Shown here: in pieces, positions 37,713-47,435 of the stretch | Layout: each line of letters starts with the position of its first letter | Numbering within the stretch: position 1 is the first letter of the stretch | Virus record (IMG/VR): IMGVR_UViG_3300032116_015770 | Strand: one strand, 5' to 3' | DNA from: a virus | Length of the DNA stretch: 64,000 nucleotides | Made by a program: the position numbers and the translations under genes | The notes under the pieces: generated by a model | Databases searched by the model: none | Seen by the model: the letters and a program-made list of their open reading frames with translations, nothing else | Told to the model about the DNA's origin: nothing

Positions 37713-38219
37713 ATGTCTTCATGGGGCAATTTAGATAACGTTGCTGCGACAGGTACCGTTACTGCATATGCTGGAAACACCCGTGTTAATGGTTCGGGTA
37801 CAGCATTTACATCAAACATTAAAGAGGGTGACTATCTTACAATTACAGGTTCAAAGTATCAAGTTGCAACTATTGCATCTGATACATCATTAGAGCTTAC
37901 AAGTAATGGTAAGGCTGTATCAGGGGCTACTGCTTATATTCAACAGGGCCCAAAGTACATTAGTAATGTTGCTGTTTCTGAAAATGTTTATACAATTCAG
38001 AGAGTTTACGGTGTAGATAGAACTGAAATTGGTGTTGCTAATGCAGCAGCAAACGCATCACATACCGGGTGGATCCATTTTACGGATTATACAGATGCCA
38101 ATGGTAGTTATAGGCGTAAGTCAGAAGTCTTAGTAGCTATGTCTAAAAACTTTAATGCAAATGTTACCGGGCATCTACAAACTGATGCTGCTGATGACAC
38201 CGTACTACCAGATAGTTAA
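37713..38219 (+). CDS. virion structural protein
   Basis: VNGSGTAFT tail-fibre-type motif; HTGW..YTD..G..R.KSEVLVAM. Confidence 0.65.
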   Translation: MSSWGNLDNVAATGTVTAYAGNTRVNGSGTAFTSNIKEGDYLTITGSKYQVATIASDTSLELTSNGKAVSGATAYIQQGPKYISNVAVSENVYTIQRVYGVDRTEIGVANAAANASHTGWIHFTDYTDANGSYRRKSEVLVAMSKNFNANVTGHLQTDAADDTVLPDS

Positions 38220-38221
38220 TA

Positions 38222-38662
38222 ATGGCTGATTCAAAAGTTAGTGAACTAACAGCTGCCACCACCGTAGGTGGCAGCGACCTCTTATATCTGGTACAAAGCA
38301 ATACTAGTAAAAGATTACCTATCTCTACATTATTCGCAAACGCTAATAATGTTAACCTTAAAGGTAATGTTAATTTAGGTTCTAGCTCACAAGCACTAGA
38401 ATCTACTGGTAGTATAGATTTAGGTAATGTTGTTACAGTCTTGACATCAGATGCATCTGGAGGTAATGTTACTATCCCTAATGGAACACCAAATGCCTTG
38501 AAGATACTCGTAATGGGTAGTACTTCAGGTGGTTCGTACACATTAAGGGGAAATATTGCTGGTAATGCAAATGTATTATTTACTTCTGCAGGAAACACAG
38601 CTACACTTTTATATACCAGCGACAAGTGGTATATGATTGGGGGAACTGCTCAATTAATCTAA
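38222..38662 (+). CDS. virion structural protein
   Basis: MADSKVSELT N-terminus; KWYMIG. Confidence 0.65.
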   Translation: MADSKVSELTAATTVGGSDLLYLVQSNTSKRLPISTLFANANNVNLKGNVNLGSSSQALESTGSIDLGNVVTVLTSDASGGNVTIPNGTPNALKILVMGSTSGGSYTLRGNIAGNANVLFTSAGNTATLLYTSDKWYMIGGTAQLI

Positions 38663-38663
38663 T

Positions 38664-39053
38664 ATGAGTTTTGAATTGACCGAAGATAATTTTGTATTGT
38701 ACGCTATGAAACATTATGATAATCCATCATGTAGTGGAATAGCTGAATTTAATGATGATTTAAAAAGATTTAGATATCTAAAAAGACTATTTAAAAAATA
38801 TAAGGCCGGTTCCGGTTTAAAGGAAAGACTTATTTTAAATCATATAGTAGTATTATATAATTTGTTTGGCGCATCAACAGTAAAAATGTTATTTTTTAAA
38901 ATTGATGTAAAACACTGGTCGCAGTTAAAAACTTTCCTAGTATTTTTAAGTTATATGCCGGTAGGTTTTACAGCTAGATCTTCTGAAGTAGAAATGCAGG
39001 GTTACGAAATACCACTAGACGATAAAGTTGCTAATGCGTTAGGTAAAATATAA
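38664..39053 (+). CDS. conserved T4-like phage protein
   Basis: YAMKHYDNP.C...EF.DDLKRF.YLKRL, LKERLILNH. Confidence 0.75.
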   Translation: MSFELTEDNFVLYAMKHYDNPSCSGIAEFNDDLKRFRYLKRLFKKYKAGSGLKERLILNHIVVLYNLFGASTVKMLFFKIDVKHWSQLKTFLVFLSYMPVGFTARSSEVEMQGYEIPLDDKVANALGKI

Positions 39054-39602
39054 ATGGGACGCTTTGTAGATTCAGTTATTGCTTATAGAATTTTAAAAAT
39101 GTTAGTAACTCCGTTTGAAGAAACGGATGCCTACTCACTTGGTATTATTGATGCCAAGGGTAAAGAGCTTAAAAAAATGAGTCAATTGAATACTGTCCAA
39201 GAAAGGGATTCGTATTCAATACTACATAGAATGATTTTTAGAATTAAAAGAATTATAGAAAAGGTTCCTGTTGAGTCTAAGAAGATAGCTACTTTTGCTG
39301 CAGCGTTGGCTTTAATAAAAGAAAATTATAATAGTACTCAAGAGCCTATAGATTTAGAGACACAGTTTCTAAATAGAATAAATATTAATCATGTAGACGA
39401 AATCATGATTTGCGAGCAGTTTTTTAGTAAAAATAATACTAAAACCTTTAAACAGTTTTTGGAAGATGCTCCTGCAAACAATGCAGCCGCTACCCCAGGT
39501 ATTGCGGGATTTACCCCAGAAACTCTAGGTGTAAAAAAGAAACCTAAATTAATTAGAAGAAAGAGACTAGACAATGTTTCAATTCCTTTTAAACCTATTT
39601 AA
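39054..39602 (+). CDS. conserved T4-like phage protein
   Basis: LVTPFEETDAYSLGIIDAKG. Confidence 0.7.
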   Translation: MGRFVDSVIAYRILKMLVTPFEETDAYSLGIIDAKGKELKKMSQLNTVQERDSYSILHRMIFRIKRIIEKVPVESKKIATFAAALALIKENYNSTQEPIDLETQFLNRININHVDEIMICEQFFSKNNTKTFKQFLEDAPANNAAATPGIAGFTPETLGVKKKPKLIRRKRLDNVSIPFKPI

Positions 39603-39765
39603 GGGTAAAAAGAAGGAAATAGTAGAACCGGCCGTTGAGCCGGTTCCGTTACCTTCGCCACCAGAAGAAATTAAAGTAGAAGTAAATTCTCAAATTACAG
39701 ACGCGGTTACTCAAGTTGAGAAGCCAGCTAAGTCAAAAAAACCCCGTCAGTCTAAGAAGAAGTAA
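39574..39765 (+). CDS. hypothetical protein
   Basis: Coupled small ORF. Confidence 0.55.
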   Translation: MFQFLLNLFKGKKKEIVEPAVEPVPLPSPPEEIKVEVNSQITDAVTQVEKPAKSKKPRQSKKK

Positions 39766-40124
39766 TGGCAACTGAAATGGCAAGAACAAGACCCGAGGAT
39801 ACTGCCTCTAGAATTTCTGTCCTTGAAAGCCAAGTAGAGGATATTTCGGCTGACGTTTTAAAACTAGAAGTAAAAATTGATGCAAATTATTCTACGCTTC
39901 ATCATAGAATAAGTGACTTACGTGATGATATTCACGCTAATATTGACGCAAAGCATACCCTGCTTGTCGACAAACTAGACAAACAGGCTCTTAATAGTAC
40001 ATTACAACATCAAGCATTATCTGAAAAAATTCAATCTATTGAAAAATGGCGTTGGATGATTATGGGTGGTGCAGTTGTAGTTGGTTATGTACTTGCGCAT
40101 GTAAAGTTAGATAGTTTATTCTAA
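39765..40124 (+). CDS. coiled-coil protein with C-terminal TM (XhlA/holin-like candidate)
   Basis: IEKWRWMIMGGAVVVGYVL. Confidence 0.5.
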   Translation: MATEMARTRPEDTASRISVLESQVEDISADVLKLEVKIDANYSTLHHRISDLRDDIHANIDAKHTLLVDKLDKQALNSTLQHQALSEKIQSIEKWRWMIMGGAVVVGYVLAHVKLDSLF

Positions 40125-40133
40125 CCTTTTTAA

Positions 40134-40162
40134 TTGATTATGTTTAAGTGATAACTTATAAT
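40134..40162 (+). promoter_or_regulatory. sigma70-type promoter for primase operon
   Basis: TTGATT-17 nt-TATAAT, AGGAGG SD. Confidence 0.7.
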
Positions 40163-40184
40163 TGAGTCTCTAGGAGGCTTAATT

Positions 40185-41195
40185 ATGTCGGTTTTTCTCG
40201 ACCAAAAATATCTACTGTTAATTAGTAACCGTCTTCCTTTGTTCAAAAAGAAAAAGGATCAGGTTTATAATTGTCGCTGTATTCTTTGCGGTGATTCAGC
40301 CAAGAAGAAAAATAAAGCGAGAGGCTACTTCTTTGCCTTTAAGACTGACTTAATGTATAAATGCTACAACTGTGGTGCATCTATGCAGTTTGGTACATTT
40401 TTAAAAGGAGTAGATACTCTTATACATTCCGAGTATGCTTTGGAAAGATATAGTGAAGGGCATGTAAATTCAAATGTAAGGTTACAGTTTACCTTTGAAG
40501 AACCTAAATTTGTTGAAGCAGAAGAAGCATTACTAGATAAAATCCTTGACAGGTTAGACAAGTTAGATGACACTAATGAAGCAGTGCAGTATTGTATAAA
40601 GAGAAATATACCAAAAGAAAAATTTAAACAATTATATTTTATAGACAACATTGCAAATATTGTTCAGTTAAATGATAAGTATAAAGCTAGCATCAAAGGA
40701 CAAGAACCCAGACTGGTACTACCGTTTTATGACGAACACGGCCAATTATCTGGAGTTACCTGTAGAGCACTCAGAGGGGAAGCTCTACGCTATGTTACCA
40801 TCAAAGTCAAAGAAGAAGTACCGCTCATATTCGGATTCGACTCAGTCGATAAAGAAAAAACAGTCTACGTAGTAGAAGGTCCTATTGATAGTCTTTTTTT
40901 ACCTAATAGCATAGCTATAGGTAGTTCTGATCTTAAAACAGTAGGGAAGATTAATTTACCTAAAGAAAAATTAGTATTAATCTTTGATAATCAACCTCGT
41001 AATACTGAAATATGCAAGTTAATTGACAAGGCTATAACTAATAATTATAAAGTAGTAGTATGGCCACAAACACTCCAGTATAAAGATATTAATGAGATGG
41101 TTCTTGGTGGTATAGACCCCGTTAAAATTATTAATAGTAATACATTTGAAGGTTTGACAGCAAAAGCAAAACTTATGTCATGGAAGCGGTGTTAG
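40185..41195 (+). CDS. gp61: DNA primase (T4 gp61)
   Basis: CILCGDS..CYNCG zinc domain, VVEGPIDS TOPRIM, FDNQPRN, KDINEM. Confidence 0.95.
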   Translation: MSVFLDQKYLLLISNRLPLFKKKKDQVYNCRCILCGDSAKKKNKARGYFFAFKTDLMYKCYNCGASMQFGTFLKGVDTLIHSEYALERYSEGHVNSNVRLQFTFEEPKFVEAEEALLDKILDRLDKLDDTNEAVQYCIKRNIPKEKFKQLYFIDNIANIVQLNDKYKASIKGQEPRLVLPFYDEHGQLSGVTCRALRGEALRYVTIKVKEEVPLIFGFDSVDKEKTVYVVEGPIDSLFLPNSIAIGSSDLKTVGKINLPKEKLVLIFDNQPRNTEICKLIDKAITNNYKVVVWPQTLQYKDINEMVLGGIDPVKIINSNTFEGLTAKAKLMSWKRC

Positions 41196-41315
41196 ATGGA
41201 TCAGAATGAATTGATTAGATCTCTTAAAAAGATTTATGTATGGATACCTGGTAATTCTACTGCAAAAGCTTTGATGAAAGATTTAATATTACAACTTGGA
41301 GGTAGATGTGATTGA
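41196..41315 (+). CDS. small hypothetical protein (39 aa, not in ORF track)
   Basis: MDQNELIRSLKKIYVWIPG...; fills the primase-thyX gap. Confidence 0.4.
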   Translation: MDQNELIRSLKKIYVWIPGNSTAKALMKDLILQLGGRCD

Positions 41316-41991
41316 GGAAGTGAGCAACGTTGAATTAATTTCTTATTCTCAACCTGATATGTATTTTGTGGAGAACACAACTGAGCTGATAGCTTTTTGT
41401 GCAAGAGTGTCTAACCCGTCTAATCAGATGAATAGTCAAACATCTGAAAAGCTTATTAAGTATCTTATTAAACATAAGCATTGGTCTCCTTTAGAAATGG
41501 TTTCAGTATGTCTTGAGATTACTACTACAAGAGATATCGCAAGGCAGATGCTTAGACATAGAAGTTTTTCATTTCAAGAATTTAGCCAGCGTTATGCTAA
41601 TCCTACAGAGGAATTAGATTTTGTATTCCGTGAGGCGAGACTTCAAGATGAAAAAAATCGTCAAAATAGTATTGAGATAGAGGATGAATATATACAAGAG
41701 AGGTGGGAAGAGGAACAAGCATCTGTTATATTGAGAGCTAGACAAGCTTATGAGTGGGCTATTAAAAATGGTTTAGCAAAAGAACAGGCTCGGGTAGTTC
41801 TCCCAGAAGGACTCACTATCTCGAAACTATACATGAATGGAACATTGAGGTCTTGGATACACTATATACAATTAAGAGCAGCAAATGGCACTCAAAAAGA
41901 GCATATTTTAATCGCTAGAAAATGTGCAGAAGTCATTGCTAAAATATTTCCAATGGCTAGCGAAATGGTAGAAGGTAATGTGGATTCTTAA
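41308..41991 (+). CDS. thyX: flavin-dependent thymidylate synthase ThyX
   Basis: HWSPLEM, RHRSFSFQEFSQRY, EQARVVLP; start uncertain (GTG 41308). Confidence 0.95.
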   Translation: MIEEVSNVELISYSQPDMYFVENTTELIAFCARVSNPSNQMNSQTSEKLIKYLIKHKHWSPLEMVSVCLEITTTRDIARQMLRHRSFSFQEFSQRYANPTEELDFVFREARLQDEKNRQNSIEIEDEYIQERWEEEQASVILRARQAYEWAIKNGLAKEQARVVLPEGLTISKLYMNGTLRSWIHYIQLRAANGTQKEHILIARKCAEVIAKIFPMASEMVEGNVDS

Positions 41992-42424
41992 TTTTCTTCC
42001 TTTCTGGGTTTTTCATTTAATAACCCTAGCAGGTGTTATTGGTTTAGTAGTAGGTTTTGCTCTTGGGTTTATTCCGTTCATTAATAAATACAAACTACCG
42101 ATTCAAATTTTCTCAATACTTTTATTAGTTGCCGGTATCTATATGGAAGGGGCTATAAGTAATGAAGAGAAATGGCAGGCATTGGTAAAAGAAATGGAAG
42201 CAAAAGTAGCACTAGCTGAAGAAAAAGCTAATAACGCTAATAGTAAAATTGAATATAAATTTGTCGATAAAGTTAAAGTTGTAAAGGACGTACAGGTGGT
42301 AGTTCAAGAAAAGATCAAAGAAGTATCTAAAGTTATTGATTCAAAGTGTGAACTAACACCGGAAGCCGTTTCATTAATTAACGCTGCAGCAAGAAACAGT
42401 GTTCCAGCAGGAGGGCAGAAATGA
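41978..42424 (+). CDS. inner-membrane spanin (Rz-like)
   Basis: N-terminal TM helices, coiled coil, C-terminal Cys; coupled to a lipoprotein. Confidence 0.7.
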   Translation: MWILNFLPFWVFHLITLAGVIGLVVGFALGFIPFINKYKLPIQIFSILLLVAGIYMEGAISNEEKWQALVKEMEAKVALAEEKANNANSKIEYKFVDKVKVVKDVQVVVQEKIKEVSKVIDSKCELTPEAVSLINAAARNSVPAGGQK

Positions 42425-42687
42425 GATTGCTTCTATTATCTGCTATTTTATTGACCGGGTGCGCAACACAACCGGTTCCAGTTAAACCAAAATTTCCCGA
42501 AGCACCACAATCATTGAAGGCGTCATGCCCTGAACTTAAAGAAATACCACCTGAAACAACAAAACTATCAGATGCTATTTCTATCATTGCACAAAATTAT
42601 GGAACATACCAGGAATGTAAACTCAAAGTAGAACTTTGGAACGAATGGTATACTGAACAAAAGAAGATATACGACGAAGTAAAATAA
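42421..42687 (+). CDS. outer-membrane spanin lipoprotein (Rz1-like)
   Basis: Lipobox LLTG-C, Pro-rich, C..L and NY..Y..C pattern. Confidence 0.8.
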   Translation: MRLLLLSAILLTGCATQPVPVKPKFPEAPQSLKASCPELKEIPPETTKLSDAISIIAQNYGTYQECKLKVELWNEWYTEQKKIYDEVK

Positions 42688-42704
42688 TAACAATTAGGTA
42701 AAAT

Positions 42705-44498
42705 ATGGCCCAGTTTTTAGGTATAGAGATAGACTATTCTCGCGATAATTTATTCGATGAATTAGGTGTTAAAAGATTGCAAGAGTCTTACATGCGAGAA
42801 GACGAAAAATCACCACAGGAAAGATTCGCATATGTTTCAAAAGCTTTTGGTAGTAATCAAGAACACGCTCAGCGCCTTTATGAGTATAGTTCTAAGCACT
42901 GGCTTAGCTACTCTACTCCTATTCTTTCTTTCGGCCGTAGTAGTCGTGGTTTGCCTATTAGTTGCTTCTTACCCTATTTGGACGACAGCGCGGAAGGCTT
43001 GGTCAGCACATTGTCAGAAGTCAATTGGCTTTCAATGCTAGGGGGAGGGGTAGGTATTGGATTGGGTATTCGCTCTGCTGATGATAAGTCCGTTGGCATT
43101 ATGCCTCACTTACGTACTTACGATGCATCTTCACTGGCATATAGACAAGGTCGTACAAGGAGGGGTTCTTACGCTGCTTATCTTGACATTTCTCACCCTG
43201 ATATTCTCTTGTTCTTAGATATGCGTAAGCCAACGGGTGACCCTAATATGCGTGCGCTAAATCTTCATCACGGTATTAACATCCCTGATTCTTTTATGGA
43301 ATTAATCGAAAGATGTATGCAGGATAAAGAAGCAGATGATTCTTGGCAACTTGTTGACCCACATAACGGTGAAGTAAAAGAAGTAGTTTCGGCAAGAGAG
43401 CTCTGGCAAAGAATTTTAGAAGTAAGAATGCAAACCGGTGAACCGTATCTGCATTTTATCGATACTAGTAATAATAAGATGCCTGAGTTTCAGAAGAAGT
43501 TAGGGCTAAGTATTAAGCAATCTAACCTTTGTTCAGAAATTATTTTACCAACAGATAAAGAACGTACTGCTGTATGCTGTTTATCATCTGTGAATTTGGA
43601 GTATTTTGATGAATGGAAAAATGACCCTCTTTTCCTCAGAGACACGGCTGAGATGCTTGATAATGTGTTACAGTATTTTATTGACAATGCTCCTGATGCA
43701 ATCGCCCGTGCAAAATATTCTGCATCCCGTGAGCGTAGTATTGGGGTTGGTGCTCTCGGTTTCCACGCTTATCTACAACGCAATAATATTGCTTTTGAAA
43801 GTCCAATGGCAGTTGGACAAAATAGACGAATCTTTAGGTATATACGTGAAGGACTAGATGATGCAAACCGACAACTTGGTAATGAGCGTGGGGAAGCGCC
43901 GGATGCTGCAGGTACTGGTCTCCGCTTCAGCCATCTCATGGCTATTGCACCCAATGCTAGCTCTTCTATCATCATGGGCAACACTTCACCTAGCGTTGAA
44001 CCTTATCGAGCAAATGCATATAGACAGGATACACTCTCAGGGGCGTTCTTAAACAAAAACAAATATCTAGATAAAATTATCAAGGATAGGTGTAATGATG
44101 ATCCAAAACTCGACTATAATGAAATTTGGTCAAGTATCATTGCTAACGATGGATCGGTACAGCACCTGGACATTATCGACGACTGGACCAAAGATGTATT
44201 CAAAACGTCTATGGAGATTGACCAAAGATGGGTCGTGGAGCACGCAGCTGACAGACAACATTACATTGACCAAGCGCAATCCATTAATTTATTCTTTAGA
44301 CCCGATGTAAATGTTAAATACCTACATGCAGTACATTTTCAAGCATGGAAGCAAGGGTTAAAAACATTATACTACTGCCGCTCAGAAAAAATTGGTAAGG
44401 CAGATAAGGTAGCTAAAAAGATAGAAAGACAAGCTATACAAGAAATAGATTTGAAAGCATTAACTGAAGGTGATGTTTGTTTAGCATGTGAAGGTTAA
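42705..44498 (+). CDS. nrdA: class Ia ribonucleotide reductase alpha
   Basis: PISCF, SNLCSEI, VCCLSS, IAPNASSS, KTLYY, C-terminal CLAC; no ATP cone. Confidence 0.96.
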   Translation: MAQFLGIEIDYSRDNLFDELGVKRLQESYMREDEKSPQERFAYVSKAFGSNQEHAQRLYEYSSKHWLSYSTPILSFGRSSRGLPISCFLPYLDDSAEGLVSTLSEVNWLSMLGGGVGIGLGIRSADDKSVGIMPHLRTYDASSLAYRQGRTRRGSYAAYLDISHPDILLFLDMRKPTGDPNMRALNLHHGINIPDSFMELIERCMQDKEADDSWQLVDPHNGEVKEVVSARELWQRILEVRMQTGEPYLHFIDTSNNKMPEFQKKLGLSIKQSNLCSEIILPTDKERTAVCCLSSVNLEYFDEWKNDPLFLRDTAEMLDNVLQYFIDNAPDAIARAKYSASRERSIGVGALGFHAYLQRNNIAFESPMAVGQNRRIFRYIREGLDDANRQLGNERGEAPDAAGTGLRFSHLMAIAPNASSSIIMGNTSPSVEPYRANAYRQDTLSGAFLNKNKYLDKIIKDRCNDDPKLDYNEIWSSIIANDGSVQHLDIIDDWTKDVFKTSMEIDQRWVVEHAADRQHYIDQAQSINLFFRPDVNVKYLHAVHFQAWKQGLKTLYYCRSEKIGKADKVAKKIERQAIQEIDLKALTEGDVCLACEG

Positions 44499-44513
44499 AT
44501 TATAGAGGAACAT

Positions 44514-44759
44514 ATGAAAAAAATTTTACGATTCACGGCAGAATGGTGTAAGCCATGTAAGTCGTTAAAGGAAATATTAAATAGAATAGAAACAAGTATT
44601 CCTATTGAGGTAATTGATATTGACGAGAATATGGAACTAGCTACAGAATATGGAATACGTTCAGTACCAACCATGATTATGATAGAAGATAATACTATCT
44701 TAAAAAAGATGGTTGGATTACAAACAATACAAGAGGTTGAATCTTTTATTCACGATTAA
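44514..44759 (+). CDS. trx: thioredoxin
   Basis: WCKPCK, GIRSVPT. Confidence 0.93.
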   Translation: MKKILRFTAEWCKPCKSLKEILNRIETSIPIEVIDIDENMELATEYGIRSVPTMIMIEDNTILKKMVGLQTIQEVESFIHD

Positions 44760-44760
44760 A

Positions 44761-45144
44761 ATGTCATATTCAGAAAAAGTTTTAGATCATTATGAAAATC
44801 CACGTAATGTAGGAACTTTTGCAAAAGAAGTAAAAAGAGTTGGTACGGGTATGGTAGGTGCACCAGCCTGTGGTGACGTTATGAAGTTGCAAATTAAAGT
44901 AAGCGAAGAAGGTGTAATAGAAGATGCGAAATTCAAGACGTACGGTTGTGGTTCGGCGATCGCTTCGTCGTCACTGGTCACTGAATGGGTTAAGGGAAAA
45001 ACTCTGGCAGAAGCGTCGCAAATTAAAAACACTCAAATTGCTACGGAACTTGCATTACCACCAGTCAAAATTCACTGTTCTATTCTTGCAGAAGATGCGA
45101 TTAAAGCAGCGATAAAAGATTATAAAGACAATTATAATGAGTGA
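44761..45144 (+). CDS. iscU: Fe-S scaffold IscU
   Basis: YSEKVLDHYENPRNVG, APACGD, YGCGSAIASSS, LPPVKIHCS. Confidence 0.97.
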   Translation: MSYSEKVLDHYENPRNVGTFAKEVKRVGTGMVGAPACGDVMKLQIKVSEEGVIEDAKFKTYGCGSAIASSSLVTEWVKGKTLAEASQIKNTQIATELALPPVKIHCSILAEDAIKAAIKDYKDNYNE

Positions 45145-45862
45145 GTTAATTTACCTGCTTTTGACAACCCATATTACTATTATCTGCGTTACTTTATTTT
45201 TACATAGAGGCCAGGCACATAAAGCATTAATTTTTCATCCCGTTCTATCTCACTTTATGCGCTGGTGGTTATGGATGACTACTGGTATGGTAACTAAAGA
45301 ATGGGTTGCAGTTCATAGATTACATCACCGTTATTGTGATAAAAAAGAGGACCCTCATTCACCTGTTCATTATGGTTTATTAACAGTGTTGTTTAAAGGT
45401 GCTTGGTTATATAATAGTGCGGCTAAAGATAAAGCTATGGTCAACACGTATGGTGTAGGTACACCGGAGGATTGGTTAGAGAAGAATGTCTACAGTAAGT
45501 ATACTTATCTTGGTGTACTTGTTTTGCTTTGTATTAATATTATTCTGTTTGGCTTTGTTGGGTTTGGACTTTGGCTGTGTCAAATCGCTTGGATACCGTT
45601 TTGGGCAGCTGGTGTGGTCAACGGCGTGGGACATAGCTGGGGATATAGAAACGGCGATACGAGAGAGGAATCTCGAAATGTTATGCCGATTGATGTTTTG
45701 GTTGGTGGTGAGTTACTTCATAATAATCATCATCTTGATCCTAGTAATCCAAAGCTTAGTTTAAAATGGTTTGAGTTTGATATAGGTTGGATGTATTTTA
45801 ACATCTTCAAATTTTTAAGGTTAGCAAAGCAAAATGATCACCATCAGCGATTCAGCAGTTAA
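45137..45862 (+). CDS. desA: membrane fatty acid (acyl-CoA delta-9-type) desaturase
   Basis: His boxes HRGQAH, HRLHH, HNNHH; FDIGW. Confidence 0.92.
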   Translation: MSELIYLLLTTHITIICVTLFLHRGQAHKALIFHPVLSHFMRWWLWMTTGMVTKEWVAVHRLHHRYCDKKEDPHSPVHYGLLTVLFKGAWLYNSAAKDKAMVNTYGVGTPEDWLEKNVYSKYTYLGVLVLLCINIILFGFVGFGLWLCQIAWIPFWAAGVVNGVGHSWGYRNGDTREESRNVMPIDVLVGGELLHNNHHLDPSNPKLSLKWFEFDIGWMYFNIFKFLRLAKQNDHHQRFSS

Positions 45863-46157
45863 AAAAATTAAAGAAATTATTGAAGAAGAAGACCCTAATC
45901 TAAAGCTAAGAATCTTCGTACAAGGTGGAGGTTGCTCTGGGTTTCAGTATGGATTTACATTAGAAGAACAACCTGCAGCGGAAGATGATTTTATCTTTGA
46001 AAGAGATGGAGTAGGTGTTATAGTAGACTCTATGTCTATGCAATACTTAACAGAAGCAGAAATTGATTACGAAAAATCTATTATGGGTGCAGAGTTTAAA
46101 ATAAAAAATCCTAACGTCAAAGCAACGTGTGGATGTGGTTCAAGTTTTACAGTTTAG
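45834..46157 (+). CDS. erpA: A-type Fe-S carrier ErpA/IscA
   Basis: [27 protein letters not shown]. Confidence 0.93.
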   Translation: MITISDSAVKKIKEIIEEEDPNLKLRIFVQGGGCSGFQYGFTLEEQPAAEDDFIFERDGVGVIVDSMSMQYLTEAEIDYEKSIMGAEFKIKNPNVKATCGCGSSFTV

Positions 46158-46164
46158 GAAAACA

Positions 46165-47154
46165 ATGACAAAAACAAAAAGTAAACTAACAGACGAAAGA
46201 AACTTCTTTAGACCATTTTCATATCCTTGGGCATACGATGCTTGGTTAAAGCACGAACAGAGCCATTGGTTACATACAGAAGTACCAATGCTGGAAGATG
46301 TTAAGGATTGGAAGAAAAAACTATCACCATCGGAAAAACAATTTCTTACTCATATCTTCCGTTTCTTTACACAAGGAGATATCGATGTAGCAGGTGGTTA
46401 TGTTAAAAACTATTTACCTTACTTCCCGCAGCCTGAAGTAAGAATGATGCTTGCAGGGTTTGCAGCGAGAGAAGCTCTACATATTGCTGCGTACTCACAT
46501 CTTATTGAAACACTTGGGATGCCTGATACCACATACAATGAATTTTTTCAGTATGCAGAAATGAGAGACAAACATGATTACATTCTTGATATTAGCTCAC
46601 AGAATGGCAATGCTGCTAGTACTGCTACTCATATTGCAGTATTCTCTGCTTTCACCGAAGGGATGCAACTATTTAGTTCCTTTATCATGCTACTTAACTT
46701 CCCTAGGCACGGTAAAATGAAAGGCATGGGTCAGATTGTCACCTGGTCCATTGTAGATGAGACTCAACATGCAGAGTCCATGATTAAATTGTTCCGTACC
46801 TATGTAGAAGAAAACAGAGAGATCTGGAACGATGATCTAAAATCTAGAATTTATACTATTGCAGAAAAAATGGTTGAGCTTGAAGATCGGTTTATTGATT
46901 TAGCATTCTCTATGGGTGATATGCCTGATTTAACTGCTAGTGATGTTAAAACATATATTCGTTATATTGCCGATCGTAGACTTATTTCTCTAGGGTTGAA
47001 AGGTATCTTTAAAGTTAAAAAGAATCCTCTACCTTGGGTTGAAGAAATGATCAATGCACCAACACATACTAACTTCTTTGAAAACAGAGCGACCGACTAT
47101 GCCAAAGGCGCCTTGTCAGGAGACTGGACTGATGTATGGGGTAAAGCGGCTTAA
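46165..47154 (+). CDS. nrdB: class Ia ribonucleotide reductase beta
   Basis: FFTQGD, EALHIAAY, EGMQLFSSF, DETQH, NFFENRATDY. Confidence 0.96.
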   Translation: MTKTKSKLTDERNFFRPFSYPWAYDAWLKHEQSHWLHTEVPMLEDVKDWKKKLSPSEKQFLTHIFRFFTQGDIDVAGGYVKNYLPYFPQPEVRMMLAGFAAREALHIAAYSHLIETLGMPDTTYNEFFQYAEMRDKHDYILDISSQNGNAASTATHIAVFSAFTEGMQLFSSFIMLLNFPRHGKMKGMGQIVTWSIVDETQHAESMIKLFRTYVEENREIWNDDLKSRIYTIAEKMVELEDRFIDLAFSMGDMPDLTASDVKTYIRYIADRRLISLGLKGIFKVKKNPLPWVEEMINAPTHTNFFENRATDYAKGALSGDWTDVWGKAA

Positions 47155-47162
47155 TTTAAATT

Positions 47163-47435
47163 ATGAATAAAATAAAACCTGAAGAGGAAATACAAGACGA
47201 AGAAACTCGTATTCGTCGTGAGAATGAAGAGAATTATATACTTAAAGGGTATTTTCGATTTGCAAAAGAGCGATATAAAATTTGTATGGAGTGTGAGGCC
47301 TTTAGCAAGATAGTTAAAGCATGCGGGGAATGTTATTGCTTTATGCCGGCAAAAGTAATTATAAAAAGTACTTCGTGTCCAGTAGGTAAGTGGGGAGCTG
47401 TTGATGAACAAGAGAGTAATACAATCCCACCTTGA
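47163..47435 (+). CDS. small Cys-rich metal-binding protein
   Basis: CxxC...CxxCxC...CPVGKW. Confidence 0.65.
   Translation: MNKIKPEEEIQDEETRIRRENEENYILKGYFRFAKERYKICMECEAFSKIVKACGECYCFMPAKVIIKSTSCPVGKWGAVDEQESNTIPP

Noticed and set aside
19376-47154. Introns or inteins in gp43, gp41, uvsX, nrdA, nrdB, thyX
   Set aside because: All are continuous, of normal length, and lack intein or homing-endonuclease motifs
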